Source: the human T2T-CHM13v2.0 reference genome, Homo sapiens
NCBI RefSeq assembly: GCF_009914755.1
Contig: NC_060942.1
Reading direction: 5' to 3' (one strand)
DNA: 64,000 bases
The notes beneath the pieces were generated by a model, which was given only the letters and a program-made list of their open reading frames with translations, did no database searches and had not been told where the DNA came from. Below are positions 1-17,420 of the stretch, in pieces. Position numbers and translations under genes: made by a program. Position 1 is the first letter of the stretch. The number at the start of each line of letters is the position of its first letter.

Positions 1-118
1 GAATCGCTTGAACCTGGGGAGGCGGAGGTTGCAGTGAGCCGAGATCATGCCATTGCACTCCAACCTGGGCGACAGAGCAAGACTCTGTCTCAAAAAAAAA
101 ACGAAAAAACAAAAAAAC
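1..118 (+). mobile_element. Alu right arm (cut by window edge)
   Basis: GAATCGCTTGAACC...GCAGTGAGCCGAGATC...ACTCTGTCTC followed by A-rich tail. Confidence 0.95.
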
Positions 119-357
119 AGTTCGGCTCATAAGAATAATGAGAGGATGAAAAGTAAAACAAAGTTCTTTTTGAAGTCCCTAGTCAACAATATAGCAAGCA
201 ACTGAAATGAAATATAATGTTAGAAAATAAGATTACATCAAGCATTTGTACCAAGATCAGAATGTTCTAAGGCTTATTAACTGGTTGGCTTTTTTTTTTT
301 TTAAATAAGCTACAAATCAATGTGGTTTACTTGGCTCCTGGCCTCCTTATAATCAGC

Positions 358-575
358 CAACACTTGGACACAGGAAGGGGAACATCACACACCGGGGCCT
401 GCCGTGGGGTGGGGGGAGGGATAGGATTAGGAGATATACCTAATGTAAATGACGAGGTAATGGGTGCAGCACACCAACATGGCACGTGTATACATATGTA
501 ACAAACCTGCACGTTGTGCACATGTACTCTAGAACTTAAAGTATAATAAAAAAATTTAAAAAGACAAAAAAAAAA
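358..575 (+). mobile_element. 5'-truncated L1PA (about PA4-PA6) 3' UTR with A tail
   Basis: AACACTTGGACACAGGAAGGGGAACATCACAC...CATGTACTCTAGAACTTAAAGTATAATAAA; probable TSD TATAATCA(G/T)C at 348-357 and 576-585. Confidence 0.92.
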
Positions 576-729
576 TATAATCATCATAAAAATCCAACTA
601 AAAAAAAAAGCAGCAGTCCCCGTTAAGAATTTCCAACAGGAGTAAAGCAGAAGCAAATAGATAAATTATGAAAAGTGAGTTTAACTATTGTCTGGAATAT
701 CTCCTATCCTTCCCTGACCTCCTCTTTCT

Positions 730-1236
730 ACCAACCCTGTTCAAGTTCAGACTCTCATACCTCCTCCCTGGGTTATTGAATTAGGTTCTTTCTCATTTTC
801 TTGCCTTCTTTTTTTCTCTATTCGATCCAATTTATATATTACTCCCAGATGATCTTCTTAAATTACAGCTAAGATCATATCAACTCCCTGTTCCAAATAC
901 CTAACCATTTTCCATCGGGTTCCAAAAGCTTTAATGTTGTATTCAAGGTCATCCAGAGGTCTGTCCTCAATTTCCTTCCCTGGCCTTGTTTCTCAGTACA
1001 TCCTGCTTTCACTACATCAGATGAAATCATATCATACTTTCCTCACCAGACAAGATAAATATTTTTATCCCCAAAGCGTATAACCTCTCTGTCCTCAGGG
1101 TTCCCATAGTTTTCGTTTTAATCTCTCAGAGCAAATCACATTAACCATCACCCAAAAGCCCTCTTCCGCCAACTTGACAATAAGCAGTTTGAGGCATTGG
1201 ATCTTGTTCATTTTGTATTTTCCACAGCACCAGTAT
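730..1236 (+). mobile_element. Degraded L2 fragment(s)
   Basis: L2 3'-like text (GATCTTGTTCATTTTGTATTTTCCACAGCAC); heavily diverged. Confidence 0.55.
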
Positions 1237-1239
1237 AAA

Positions 1240-1532
1240 CTTTTTTTTTTTGAGACGGAGTCTCACTCTGTCACCCAGGCTGGAGAGCAGTGGCTCGATC
1301 TCAGCTCACTGCCACCTCTGCTTCCTGGGTTCAAGCGATTCTCCTGTCTCAGCCTCCTGAGTAGCCGGGATTACAGGCACGCGCCACCACTCCCAGCTAA
1401 TGTTTTGTATTTTTAGTAGAGATGGGGTTTCACCATGTTGGCCAGGATGGTCTTGATCTCCTGACCTTGTGATCCGCCCGCCTCACCCTCCCAAAGTGCT
1501 GGGATTACAGGCATGAGCCACCGTGCCGGGCC
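1240..1532 (-). mobile_element. AluS (Sc-like)
   Basis: Poly-T plus full reverse Alu dimer; TSD TAAACTT. Confidence 0.95.
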
Positions 1533-1867
1533 TAAACTTCTTTACTTTGGCTTTTATCAAAATAATACATGCCTATACTTGAAAGAACCAAGTAGTTCTT
1601 TCTCAAGGTTTATTAGGAAAAACAGCTATCCTTTACCACTTCTCCTCTTATCTAATAATTTTGATATTTACCTCTATCTAAATAATACACTTATACTGCT
1701 ATTTTATGATTTGTCGGTTTTAGGCATTATGAATAAAACTGCATGAAGGAAGACAAATATTTAGATCTTTCCCCTCCCCTACATGTTCCCACAACATACT
1801 TGAGTTCTTCCTATCCTCCATCTTTCCAATACAGTTATAATTTTTGTCATATCCATATTACTTATTA

Positions 1868-2168
<301 letters not shown>

Positions 2169-2657
2169 TGTAAATTATATAAGTATTATATTATAAAATT
2201 ATTATATAAATAAGATGTATCTAACAAAGATAATGATATAAATAATATGGATCTAACTATACATATACATATTATGACTATGTAAATACTATTCACAGCT
2301 AAGCCATATAGGAAACTATAATTATTTAGTCTTTTCTGTATGACTCTTTATTTTCTCTAGTATTAATTATTGTGGAATGTCTTTCATTTGCCTTGTTATC
2401 TATATATAAATATTTTTTCACTAAGTCAACCCCCAAATCTCCACTAATTGTCTAAATCTCTTAATACATTCACATGTATCAGGTGTTTCATCAATTTAAT
2501 CTTAAGAAGCTTTCCCTGTGTTTTCTGGCTTGTTCCAGTCTGGACCAATTGCCCTCTATCCCGGTAGATAGACATTGTCTTGGGCTATTTCTTCACCATC
2601 ATTCTGAGAATTCTCTTGGCTTTTCTATTATGTTGGGCCTTTTGTTTCCTGTTTCTT

Positions 2658-2979
2658 TTTCTTTTTTAAAAAATTTTATTTATTTATTTATTTTTTTGAG
2701 ATGGAGTCTCACTTGTGTCACCCAGGCTGGAGTACAGTGGCGCGATCTCGGCTCACTGCGAGCTCCGCCTCCGGGTTCACGCCATTCTCCTGCCTCAGCC
2801 TCCCAAGTAGCTGGGACTACAGGTGCCTGCCACCATGCGTGGCTAATTTTTTTTGTATTTTTAGTAGAGATGGGGTTTCACATGTTAGCCAGGATGGTCT
2901 CGATCTCTTGACCTCGTGATCCACCCGCCTCAGCCTCCCAAAGTGCTGGGATTACAGGTGTGAGCCACCGCACCCGGCC
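2658..2979 (-). mobile_element. AluY
   Basis: GGGTTCACGCCATTCTCC and TTAGCCAGGATGGTCTCGATCTC; 15-bp TSD TGTTTCCTGTTTCTT. Confidence 0.95.
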
Positions 2980-3745
2980 TGTTTCCTGTTTCTTACACCT
3001 TGCTTGTGATTTACTTCTTTGTTTTAATAAAGCACATTATCTGAGTTTCCTGAGAAAGAATACATGAAAGGTAAAGCTTTGAAACCTTTTGTGATTGAGA
3101 ATGTCTTTATTTGACTCTCTCATTTGATTGATAGTTTAGCTTGGTCTAGAATTATCACTGGGAAATAATTTTCTTTCAGAAATTTGCAGGTATTTCCTTA
3201 TTGTCTTCTAGATTCCAGTTATTTCTAGTGAGATGTATAAACCTATTCTGATTCTTGATCCTTTGTATATGACCTGCTTTTTCTAATAGCTTGTAGAATC
3301 CTGTCTTTATTCTTTATTGTAACACATTTCAAAATGATATGCTTTGGGGTGAGTCTATTTTTATTGATAGTGTTGGATATTTTCAATTGAAAATTTGAAT
3401 CCTTCATTTCTAGAAATTTTTCTTGAATTATTTCTTTGATAATATTCTTCCTTTCATTTCTTTATCTAGAACTTCTGTTAGTTGTATGTTGATCTCTAGA
3501 ACTGATCCTTTATTTTTCCTAACTCTTCTATTCAGTTTTCCATTTCTGGTTTTTTTTTTTTTAACCCTACTTTCTGGAAGAGTTTTTCAATTTTATTTTC
3601 CAGTGTTTCTACTTATATTTTTATTTATCTGAACACATTTTTAATTTCCAAGAGCTGTCTTTACATGATCCTGTTCTTTTATATATTCAATATCATCTCA
3701 TCTCTCTAAAGATATTGATTTATTATTTGACATTTTCATTTCCAC
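2980..3745 (-). mobile_element. Old L1M fragment (probably continues 4130-4920 past the THE1 LTR)
   Basis: T-rich antisense L1M text (GAGAATGTCTTTATTTGACTCTC...TTGATAGTTTAGCTTGG...AGAATT). Confidence 0.6.
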
Positions 3746-3746
3746 A

Positions 3747-4119
3747 TGATATGGTTTGGCTCTGGGGCCCCACCCGAATCTCGTTTTGAATTGTAATCCC
3801 CACTGCAATTCAAAATGTCAAGGGAGGGACCTGGTGGGAGGCGATTGGATCATGGGGGTGGTTTCCCCCATGTTGTTCTTGTGATAGTGAATTCTCACAA
3901 GATCTGATGGTTTTATAAGAGTTTGACATTTCCTCCTTCACAGGCACTCTCTCGTTTGCCAGCGTGTAAGACATACCTGCTTCTGCTTCCGCCATGATTG
4001 TAAGTTTCCTGAGGCCTCCCCAGCCATGCAGAACTGTGAGTCAATTAAACCTCCTTTCTTTATACATTACCCAGTCTCGGTTAGTATCTTTATAGCAGTG
4101 TGAAAACAGACTAATAACA
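3747..4119 (+). mobile_element. THE1 (C/D-like) MaLR solo LTR
   Basis: Starts TGATATGGTTTGGCT, contains CTGTGAGTCAATTAAACCTC, ends GACTAATAACA; ~370 bp. Confidence 0.93.
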
Positions 4120-4896
4120 CTATGAATAGCTCTGTTCTCTCCATATTTCTTTTTCCACTTTGTTTTGGTTTTTACCTTTTTTACCAGAGACTTTTCTCCA
4201 GTATTCGGTGGTCCTTGGTTATAAGTTCACATTCAAAAGAGGGACACTAAGAAGCCGACAGAAATCTTTGAGCACATGGGTAGGGCTTTAACAGAGGATG
4301 ATCTGGCTGGATCAGTTATTTGGGGAATCGCTTTATGTGTACCTTTAGGTGTTTCCCTTGGAGGGTTAATTTTCCTCAGAGAAGATCTTCCAATCACCCT
4401 CCTGGAGGTTAATATCTAGATGTAGTGCCCTGTGAGCTTTAAAGGGGAAGAGGGCTTATAGGATTCAGCACAAAATTTACAAATATTCACTTAATACTTC
4501 TGCTTTAGACTAATACCCCCAACTACAGGTGTGCCTGTTGTGCTCACAGGCCAGGAACCTCTGTTTCACCTTTAAAGAATAAACCTCCATTATTTTGCGA
4601 GGTAAAAGGCAGTCATCCAGCTTTGTGGAATTGAAGAGGAGATCTGGGAATGTAACTACTTCATAGAGTTTCAACTTAGCCTTCTATTTTGAGCCCCAAC
4701 TTCCAACTATAGCTGATGCCACCAATTCCTAAGTCTCTGGAAAATCCTTGTATATGTGTTTGCTTCCATGCTTTCCCGTTTGCCAGTTTAGACATTAGCT
4801 TTCTCAAATCTGCTAGATCCGTTGTCATATATCCATCTCTTTCCAGCTTCCAAAGTTTTGTTCCTGTTGTCTCCTTTCTGGTCCTTTATATCCCTA

Positions 4897-5247
<351 letters not shown>

Positions 5248-6346
5248 TCAATAGGATGCAAAAATAAATGAATGAGTGGAATTTGTCATTTTCATTCATA
5301 AGTTGACTTTGAAATGTTCTAGTCTCCTACAACTATATTATTTTATTTTTGCACACAACTAAATGTTGAATTTGGAGTTAAATTTCTCTTAGTGACCATG
5401 CTTCAGTTTATGGTATAAAATAAACCATTTATCTACCACTATGCCTTTAGTTTTAGTTTAGTCAGAAATCTGAGGAGCAAATTGCAACATAGAAGGGAAC
5501 ACACATCTGGCCTGGCCCTGGCCCTGGCCTTATCCTTCTAAATGTCTTTAACCTCCAAACTCTAGTGTGCCTCCGAGAACAAGGTGATCTTTCCAAGTGT
5601 GGCCTTGGCTGTTGGGAATAGGAAGCCAATTATATGAGTTTCATAGTCCAATAATTTTTTTCTTTTTAAAAAAAGACCTTTTTTTTAAATCTGCCTACTT
5701 TATTTGGTAAAACAACAACAACAAACAAAACCTTATTTTTTAGAGCAGTTTTAGGTTCACAGCAAAATTGAGAGGAAAGTACAGAGATTTCCCACACACC
5801 CCCTATCCCACATGTGTATAGTCTTGCCCATTTTTAACATCCCCCACCAGAGCGGTGCATTTGTTATCACTGATGAACCCACATTGATACATCATTATCA
5901 TCCAGAAGTCCACAGTTTACATTAAGATTCACTCTTCGAGTACATTCTCTAGGTTTAGACAAATGTGTAATGACATGTAGCCATGATTATAGTAGCATAC
6001 AGAGTAGTTTCACTGCCCTAAGACTCCTCTGTGCTGTTTATTCTTCCCTCCCTCCCCTCAACCCTTGGCAACCACTGATCTTTACTCTGTCTCCATAGTT
6101 TTGACTTTTCCAGAATGTGATATAGTTGGAATCTTATAACATGCAGCTCTTTCAGATTGGCTTCTTCTTTCACTTAGTAAAATGCATTTACATTTACTCT
6201 ATATCTTTTTATAGCTTGATAGCTCATTTCTTTTCATCACTGAGTAATAATACATTGTCTGGATATACCACAGTTTATTTATCCATTCACCTCCTGAAGG
6301 ACATCTTGCTTGTGTCCAAGTTTTGGCAATTAAAAATAAAGCTACT

Positions 6347-6669
6347 GGCCAGGCACAGTGGCTCACACCTGTAATCCCAACACTTTGGGAGTCCAAGGTG
6401 AGCAGATTTTTTGAGCCCAGGACTTTGAGACCAGCTTGGGCAACATGGCAAAACCTACCTCTACAAAAAAAAAAACAAAAACAAAACAAAACAAAAAACA
6501 AAACAAAAGTTAGCTGAGCATGCTGGCGTGTGCCTGTTTTCCCGGCTACTCAAGAGGCTGAAGTGGGAGGATTACTTGAGCCCAGAAAGTTGCGGCTACA
6601 GTAAGCCGTAATTGTACCACTGCATTCCAGCCTGGGGCCACAGCAAGACCCTGTCTAAAAAAAAAAAAA
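6347..6669 (+). mobile_element. AluJ
   Basis: Diverged dimer with expanded A-rich linker. Confidence 0.9.
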
Positions 6670-6835
6670 GAGAAAAGAAGGAGAAGAAGGAAGAGGAGGA
6701 GGAGAAGGAAGGAAGAGGAGGAGGAAAGAAAGAGGAAGGAAGGAAGGAATGAAGGAAGGAGAGAAGAGGAAGAGGAGGAAGAGGAAGAAACGGAGGAAGA
6801 AGAAGAAGAAAGAAGAAAGAAGAAGGAAGAAGACG
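6670..6835 (+). repeat. Polypurine (GAA/GGA/GGAA)n tract derived from Alu tail
   Basis: ~165 bp almost exclusively A/G. Confidence 0.95.
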
Positions 6836-7582
6836 ACTATAAACATTTGTGTACGGTACTTATTTGTTATTTGTATATCTTCTTTGCTCTGGTGACTTAA
6901 GATCTTTGAGCTATTTTTTAATCAGGTAATTTGTTTTCTTATTGTTGAGTTTTAAGAGTTCTTTGTATATTTTGGATAACAATCCTCTACCAGGTATATT
7001 TTTTGAAAATATTTTCTCCCAGTCTATGGCCTGTCTTCCCGTTCCTGTAACAGTGTCTTTCACAGAGCAAAACATTTTAATTTTAATGAAGTCTAGCTTA
7101 TCAATTCTTTCTTTCATGAATCACAACTTTGGTGTTGCATCAAAAATTTATCATGAAACCTGAGGTCACCTAAATTTTCTCCTATGTTGTCTTCTAAGAG
7201 TTTTATGGTCTTGTGTTTTTCAAGTCTGTGATCCATTTTGAGTTAATTCTTGTGGAGGGTGTTAAGATCTGTGTCTAGATTCAAGTTTCTGAATGTAGAT
7301 GTTCGGTTCTAGTACCATCTGTTGGAAAGTCTATCTCTATTGTATTGCCTTTGCTTCTTTGTCAAAGAACAGTTGACTGTATTCATGTGGGTCTCTTTCT
7401 GGGCTCTCTGTTCTGTTCCATTGATCTGTTTGTCTATTCTTTATCAATATCATGCTGGCTTGATTACTGCAGTTTTGTAGTAAGTCTTGAAGTCACATAG
7501 TGTCATTTCTCCAATTTGTTCTTTTCCTTCAATATTGTGTTGCCTATTCTGGGTCTTTTGGCTTTTGGCTCTCCATATCAAC

Positions 7583-7989
<407 letters not shown>

Positions 7990-8156
7990 TGACAATACTG
8001 AGTCTTCCTATCCATGAACATGAAATAATCTCTGTATTCATTTAGTTCTTTAATTTATTTCATTAGAGTTCTGCAGTTTTCCTAATATAAACCTTGTACA
8101 TATTCTGTTAGATTTAAAATTAATTATTTCATTTTGGGGGGTGCTAATGTAAATGA

Positions 8157-8508
<352 letters not shown>

Positions 8509-8555
8509 TAATCTGAGAGCAGATATTGTATGATTTCTTTTCTTTTAAATTTGTT

Positions 8556-8843
<288 letters not shown>

Positions 8844-9469
8844 TTAAGGTGTGTTTTATGGCCCAGAATATGATCTACCTTGGTGAAGGCTTTCTCCACA
8901 TGAACTTGAGAAGAATGTGTATTCTGTTATTGCTGGAGGAAGTAGTCTATAGATGTCAGTCATATCCAGTTGACTGATGGTGTTTTTTGAGCTGAGATTC
9001 AACCCAGGGAATCTGGTTTCTATAGTTGCTGGTAGCCTATAGTCCCAGCTACTTGAAAGGCTGAGGTGGGAGGATTACTTGAGCCCAGGAGTTCAAGATA
9101 GGAAGTCTGGTTCCAAAATTCCATGCACCTACCTACTTCACTATGTTGCCTCCTGGGGGATTGATTTCTCTCAGTTTATTTCATAATTTTAGAGGTAACC
9201 ACTTTAGCTGGAATTTTAACATTTCATTTGTATCTTGTAGCTAGCTACTGTGTGAAAGACAACATGGAATGAAATACAACAAGGCATTTCTGTTTCGAGT
9301 TCATCTTCTCAAATTGTTTTTATTGTAAAGAGAAATTAATTATCATTTTAGCTTGTGATAAAAGGATAAAAATTAAATGTCATCACTGCTGAATAGTTCA
9401 GCTTGCTATAATTTATAATTTATTTGTAATATAAATAGATAAGTATGATCAGCTCTACTTACTTGACTA

Positions 9470-10110
<641 letters not shown>

Positions 10111-10379
10111 TTCTTTTTGTTAATAAACTGCATCCGTGTAATTAATAACTCTAAAGCTAATAAGTCAAATTATTGATCTGAGCATGCCAAATGGGTAAAA
10201 TGGAAAATTGAGCAAATTTATTTATAGGCCACTAAGACAACCATATCTTAAAGGTAATTTTTAAAAAGCAATAGCCCAGTGATTGAAAGTATGGGTGCTT
10301 ATATACCTTTTCGCCTTGTAGCAATCAAGAATTGGGGCATGTAAAATGATTAACACAATATTGTCTGAAACTGAAAAGG

Positions 10380-10730
10380 ACAGCCTGCCTCCTTTGCCTG
10401 GAATGCTGCCTTTCCTTTAATGTTCAACTCCTGTTGTATTTTCTTCATGAAGTCTTCTTGTAAGACTGAAACGCCCAGTGACTTTTCCTCCCTCTCTGAA
10501 TTTCTGTTACATTTAAAAGTCCAAGGCCCCAAAGTCAGCACTAGATCCTATAGCCTGCCTTGTATTGTCCACAGCTGCTTTCAATGTTAGTCTTATCTCA
10601 TCTTATTAGATTGTAAATTCCTGGAAGGGAGGAAACATACCTTTATACCTCTTCTATAATCCCATGGCGCCTAAAGCAGTGCTGAGAACATGCTGTCTGC
10701 ACAATGAGCACTCATTGAGTTGTCTGTAGG
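10380..10730 (+). mobile_element. L2 3' fragment
   Basis: TTAGATTGTAAATTCCTGGAAGGGAGG...ATCCCATGGCGCCTAAAGCAGTGCTG. Confidence 0.65.
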
Positions 10731-11719
10731 CAAAAACAATTAATCTGACAGTTTGCAGTTTGTGGGTCATGGGTGTGTTTGAATCTTTTCAGCACGGAGC
10801 TTGCTCTCCAACTACTGTCAGCCTGGATCGTCAGCAATAAGGAGGGATAGGGAGTCTCCTTTCTTCCTCTTCGACTTCTCTAAGGTCTTGCCATAAAACA
10901 AACTAAAACAAATCATTAGAACTGTTCCTACTCGGGGATGCGCTTCTCTTTAAGGAACACAGTTTAATGGTCAAAAAAGCAGCTGCTTTGTATTCTGGAG
11001 AATGTACCTAATTAATCAGAGGCCAAACAAATAGAAATAAATTCAGGCTTCCATTTTATTATTGAGTAAGGCCCATTTGATCTCCAAACAGATTTTGGGC
11101 AGGACAGGGGCATGTCCTGCTGATTTGAGGAGCTCCTCACAGATCCATGGGAATTTTGGTAGGATCAAGCAGCGTCCTTGAGCAATGGCAGCCTCCTTTA
11201 CTGTAGACCTCTAGAAAAAATTGCCAAGAGGTAATTGCTAGCCATACAATGAGAAGGAAGGGAGAGTGTTGCACTTAAGATAGAAAGGATGTGGATGGCT
11301 GGCTCCTTCTGTAATCCTTCATGCTGACCCTATTCCATTCAGTTGGTCATTTGTGAGCTTTTCAAAATTATTTATTGAGACTATTATGTGACTCAAGTGA
11401 CTCTAAGGAAAAGTAAGAATTCCTTCTAGCTTTCTAGGAACTTGCAATCTGCTCAGGAAGATAAGATTACACACGAGGCAGGTAGGTAACAATAGAAGAC
11501 AGAATTTGATGACATATTGATCAGAGAAGGGCAAAATCACTCTGAATGGGAGTTATCAGAGAAGATTCTGTAGGGTAGTGGAAACTCTGCTGAACTTTGT
11601 AAGGGCCGTTTATGGTGATATTTTCATAGCTAGGTCATTAACAGTTAATTTACTCCCTTCCCCAAAATAGTTCAATTTACATCAGATGCTGAGTTATTTG
11701 ATTTACATAATCTGATTTA

Positions 11720-12361
<642 letters not shown>

Positions 12362-12450
12362 CTAAGTAAATAAGGGACTGTTTGGTTAAGCAAATCGGTT
12401 TATCCCTGTATCCTATCTTTCTATAAAAATGAGGGCATCAGTCTAGAGAG

Positions 12451-13040
<590 letters not shown>

Positions 13041-13185
13041 AAGAAGAGTGCCTTTTCTGGCTTAATTCTGTGATTCTGCATTTGTACATTAAATGTATTT
13101 TTGTAGATCTATACGAAATCTAATTATTTTGCTAGTGTTAATTTCACTTAGAACATGTAAGAATTAGGCCAGGCGTGGTCACTTA

Positions 13186-13540
<355 letters not shown>

Positions 13541-14935
13541 TTAGAGAACATGTTTGTTTGTTTTTCTCAAGTAATCTAAACCAGGTGGCAGTTACAGGTA
13601 GTGTGTTATGCTAAAAGACTGAAATGGTGCCAATTATATAATTGAAGTTCAATATTTTCTTGATATTAATTTTATAGTCTTTTGATTCTCTAGTGTTTTT
13701 GCCAAAGATGCCACCTTAGAAACAACTTTTTGTGCTTAAGTTTGTCCATTAAAAGGACTCTGTTTGATATGAGCCCATTTTTCTGTGGCGGAAAATTACC
13801 TGATCAAAACAAGGTTAAACCTCAGAAAAGTTACCTCCTTAAATAAAGCCTGGAGCTTTGTTTAATTATGATTTTACCATCTGATAACTACAGATTGCCT
13901 CCACCCCCAAGAAAAGATACCAAGTCAAGTTTGTTTGTTTGTTTCCAGAATCTGCAAACACTTACTTTTACATTTAAAAAAGTTACCCTGCCTCGAAATG
14001 TCAGCCTCTGGGGTTTTGTGAGACCCCTGCTGATTGACCCTACCCTTGACCTTAGCTCCAAAGCCCAACTCCATTCTGGCATGCTGGTGTAGAGAATTTA
14101 TTTATTTTAACAGTAGGGAGCCAGAATTCTGGGGGAATATGCTTTTAAAAAGCCTCAAGAGCTATTTACCAGATCATCAGCTCCACAGGACTGGGAGGCC
14201 TCCACTAACACACGAAGTGGGTAGTAGTGGTTGGCAGCAGCCAAGGGCTCCAAGGGCTGGCTCAGCTCTAAGCAATAGGACGTAAGGGAGTGTGAAAGGA
14301 TTTCCACTAGAAGTGGTCTTTTTGATCATCAAGAAAAAAAGGAAAATAGACATATTTTAACAGTAGAGACCTTTCAGTAAAAAGGGGCGGTCCTTTAAGT
14401 TCCTCAGGTTATATTTATTAAAGCATGGAGGCAGTCTTAGGGCCAACTCTCCATTTTATCTGTCTGCCTCTATCCGTTGATTCTCATTCTCTCTCTTATG
14501 TCCTGTTAGTTTTACTAGTTTTACTATAAGATTGTAAAGTATGAGATAATATGCATCCTTATTTTCTTAAAAATGGTTTTTATTAGAATTGGGTAACATG
14601 CCTGTTAAACATTTGTAAAATACTAAAAAGTACAAAAAGGAAAAAATAAAAATTACTCATATGATGCCATCCAAACACAGCTACTATTAATAATTTAGTA
14701 AATTTCCTTTAGTTTTTTCTTGGGTAGGGCAGAGTCTCTTTTTACACATTTATAGTAATTTTTATATACAATTTTCTCAGTAGATTTACTTAAATATTTT
14801 GAAGCATACAGAAGAGTTGAAAATGTTTTACTGTGAACACCTATATTCTCATCGCTTATTTATACAGTTAACATTTTACTATAAATGCTCTATCACATAT
14901 CTCTCTATTCATCCTTCAATCCATCTTATTTTTAA

Positions 14936-15219
<284 letters not shown>

Positions 15220-15246
15220 AAGAAACATGTCAAAGTACACGTGTAG

Positions 15247-15624
<378 letters not shown>

Positions 15625-15809
15625 TGATTTTCTTTTAAATTATTTCCCTATGGTTGACCAATTGCTTGCTTCCCATTTTTTACTATTTACATGGACTTCA
15701 TAGGAAGGATATACTTCTAAAATTTAATAGTAATTTCTGGCTATAGTAGAAAAGTAATACTGGAAAAATTGATAGGGATCATGTTGTGGAAGGTTTTGAG
15801 TACCAGGGA

Positions 15810-15990
15810 AGTTACAGCAAAATGTAGTATAGTTACATTCTTGGAATCAGATAGATCATATACTTATTAGGTAACTGACATTGGAAAAAGTGTTAAACCT
15901 CTCTCAGGCTGTTTTCTCACCTGTCGAGTGGGGAGGCTATTATTACTTGTCTTACAGGGTAATTGTAGGGATTAAATAACATATATGCTA
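15810..15990 (+). mobile_element. MIR
   Basis: TTAAACCTCTCTCAGGCTGTTTTCTCACCTGT...TTGTAGGGATTAAATAA core. Confidence 0.65.
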
Positions 15991-16359
15991 CTTCCTTAAA
16001 AAATAGAAGATTTTATCTGTACATAATAAATAGAAGATTTCTCAAAACAATGGTTTCATGTCAAAGTTCATGGAAAAAATTTACTGGAGGATTTTTGAGT
16101 AGGACAGAGATGTAGATCAGACCTGATTTTAGGTGGCTTAATCCTGTAGAATTGTGCATGACGCATAAGAGTGAGGGAGAAAGGTTATAAGGAGGTAGAT
16201 TTGATTCGACTTAATAAATATCTACTGAGTATGTTTGAAATGTAAAGCACTGTGCTAGGTGCCTTGGGATTATAAAGCAGAGTGAGACAGCTGCCACAGA
16301 GATTTTAATTTGGTGGGTAATGCATAGGGTGAAGCAAGAGCTATAAAACCAAGCAGAAT

Positions 16360-16470
16360 CCATCCACCCTGATTCATTATTTACCATCCATCCACCCATC
16401 CATCCATTTACTCATCCACCCATCCACCCATGCATCTGTCCATCCATCCATCCATCCATCCATCCATCCA
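16360..16470. repeat. (CATC)n microsatellite at the 3' end of a minus-strand L2 (L2 text 16211-16320 and 16470-16670)
   Basis: Tandem CATC units; flanking ATATTGATTTGCTCC...TACTGTTCTAGATGCTGAAGATATAGC. Confidence 0.8.
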
Positions 16471-16712
16471 ATGAATATTGATTTGCTCCTGTCCTATGTC
16501 AGTTACTGTTCTAGATGCTGAAGATATAGCATGAGCAAAACAGAATAAAATCCTTGCCTTCATGTAGCGTACATTCTAGTGGAAGAGGAGACAATATATA
16601 AATAAATGCATAATAAAATATCACATAGTATAATAATAAGTATCTTGAAGAAAAAAACAATGTAAAGGAATAAAGCCGTGTGGACAACTGGAGCCCTACC
16701 TCATATCATATC

Positions 16713-17013
16713 TTTTTTTTTTTTTTTTTGAGATGGAGTCTCGCTCTGTCACCCAGGCTAGAGTGCAGCGGTGTGATCTTGGCTCACTGCAAGCTCCGCC
16801 TCCCACGTTCACACCATTCTCCTGCCTCAGCCTCCTGAGTAGCTGGGACTACAGGCACCCACCACCACACCCGGCTAATTTTTTGTATTTTTTTTAGTAG
16901 AGACGGGGTTTCACTGTGTTAGCCAGGATGGTCTCGATCTCCTGACTTCATGATCTGCCCGTGTTGGCCTCTTAAAGTGCTGGGATTACAGGCATGAGCC
17001 ACCGTGCCCGGCC
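16713..17013 (-). mobile_element. AluY
   Basis: GCAAGCTCCGCC, TTAGCCAGGATGGTCTCGATC; TSD CTCATATCATAT. Confidence 0.95.
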
Positions 17014-17086
17014 CTCATATCATATTTTTAAAACTTAATTTCAGCTGGATTAATAACGTAAATGTGAAAGTAAAAGCCTTAAATTT

Positions 17087-17241
17087 GACCAGACGTGGTG
17101 GCTCATCCCTGTAATCCCAAAACTTTGGGAGGCCAAGGTGGGCAGTTTGCTTGAGCCTGGGAGGTTGAGGCTGCAAAACCGAGATGGCACCCTGCACTAC
17201 AGCCTGGGCCACAGAGCAAGACCCTGTCTCAAACAAACAAA
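17087..17241 (+). mobile_element. Monomeric Alu (left-arm head joined to right-arm end; FRAM-like)
   Basis: GGCTCATCCCTGTAATCCCAAAACTTTGGGAGG then directly GAGGTTGAGGCTGCA...ACCCTGTCTC. Confidence 0.8.
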
Positions 17242-17420
17242 CTTTATGATTTTGAGGAAACCTAGGATAATTATCTTTAAGACTTGGGAGTAGAGGATGA
17301 TTAAAAAGTGTAAACTATGAGAGGTAAAAGATTGATAAATAAAAGTTCACATTAGGAACGTCTGCTCATCAAAGACACTATAAAGAGAGTGAAAAGACAA
17401 GATATGAGATGGAAAAAGTA

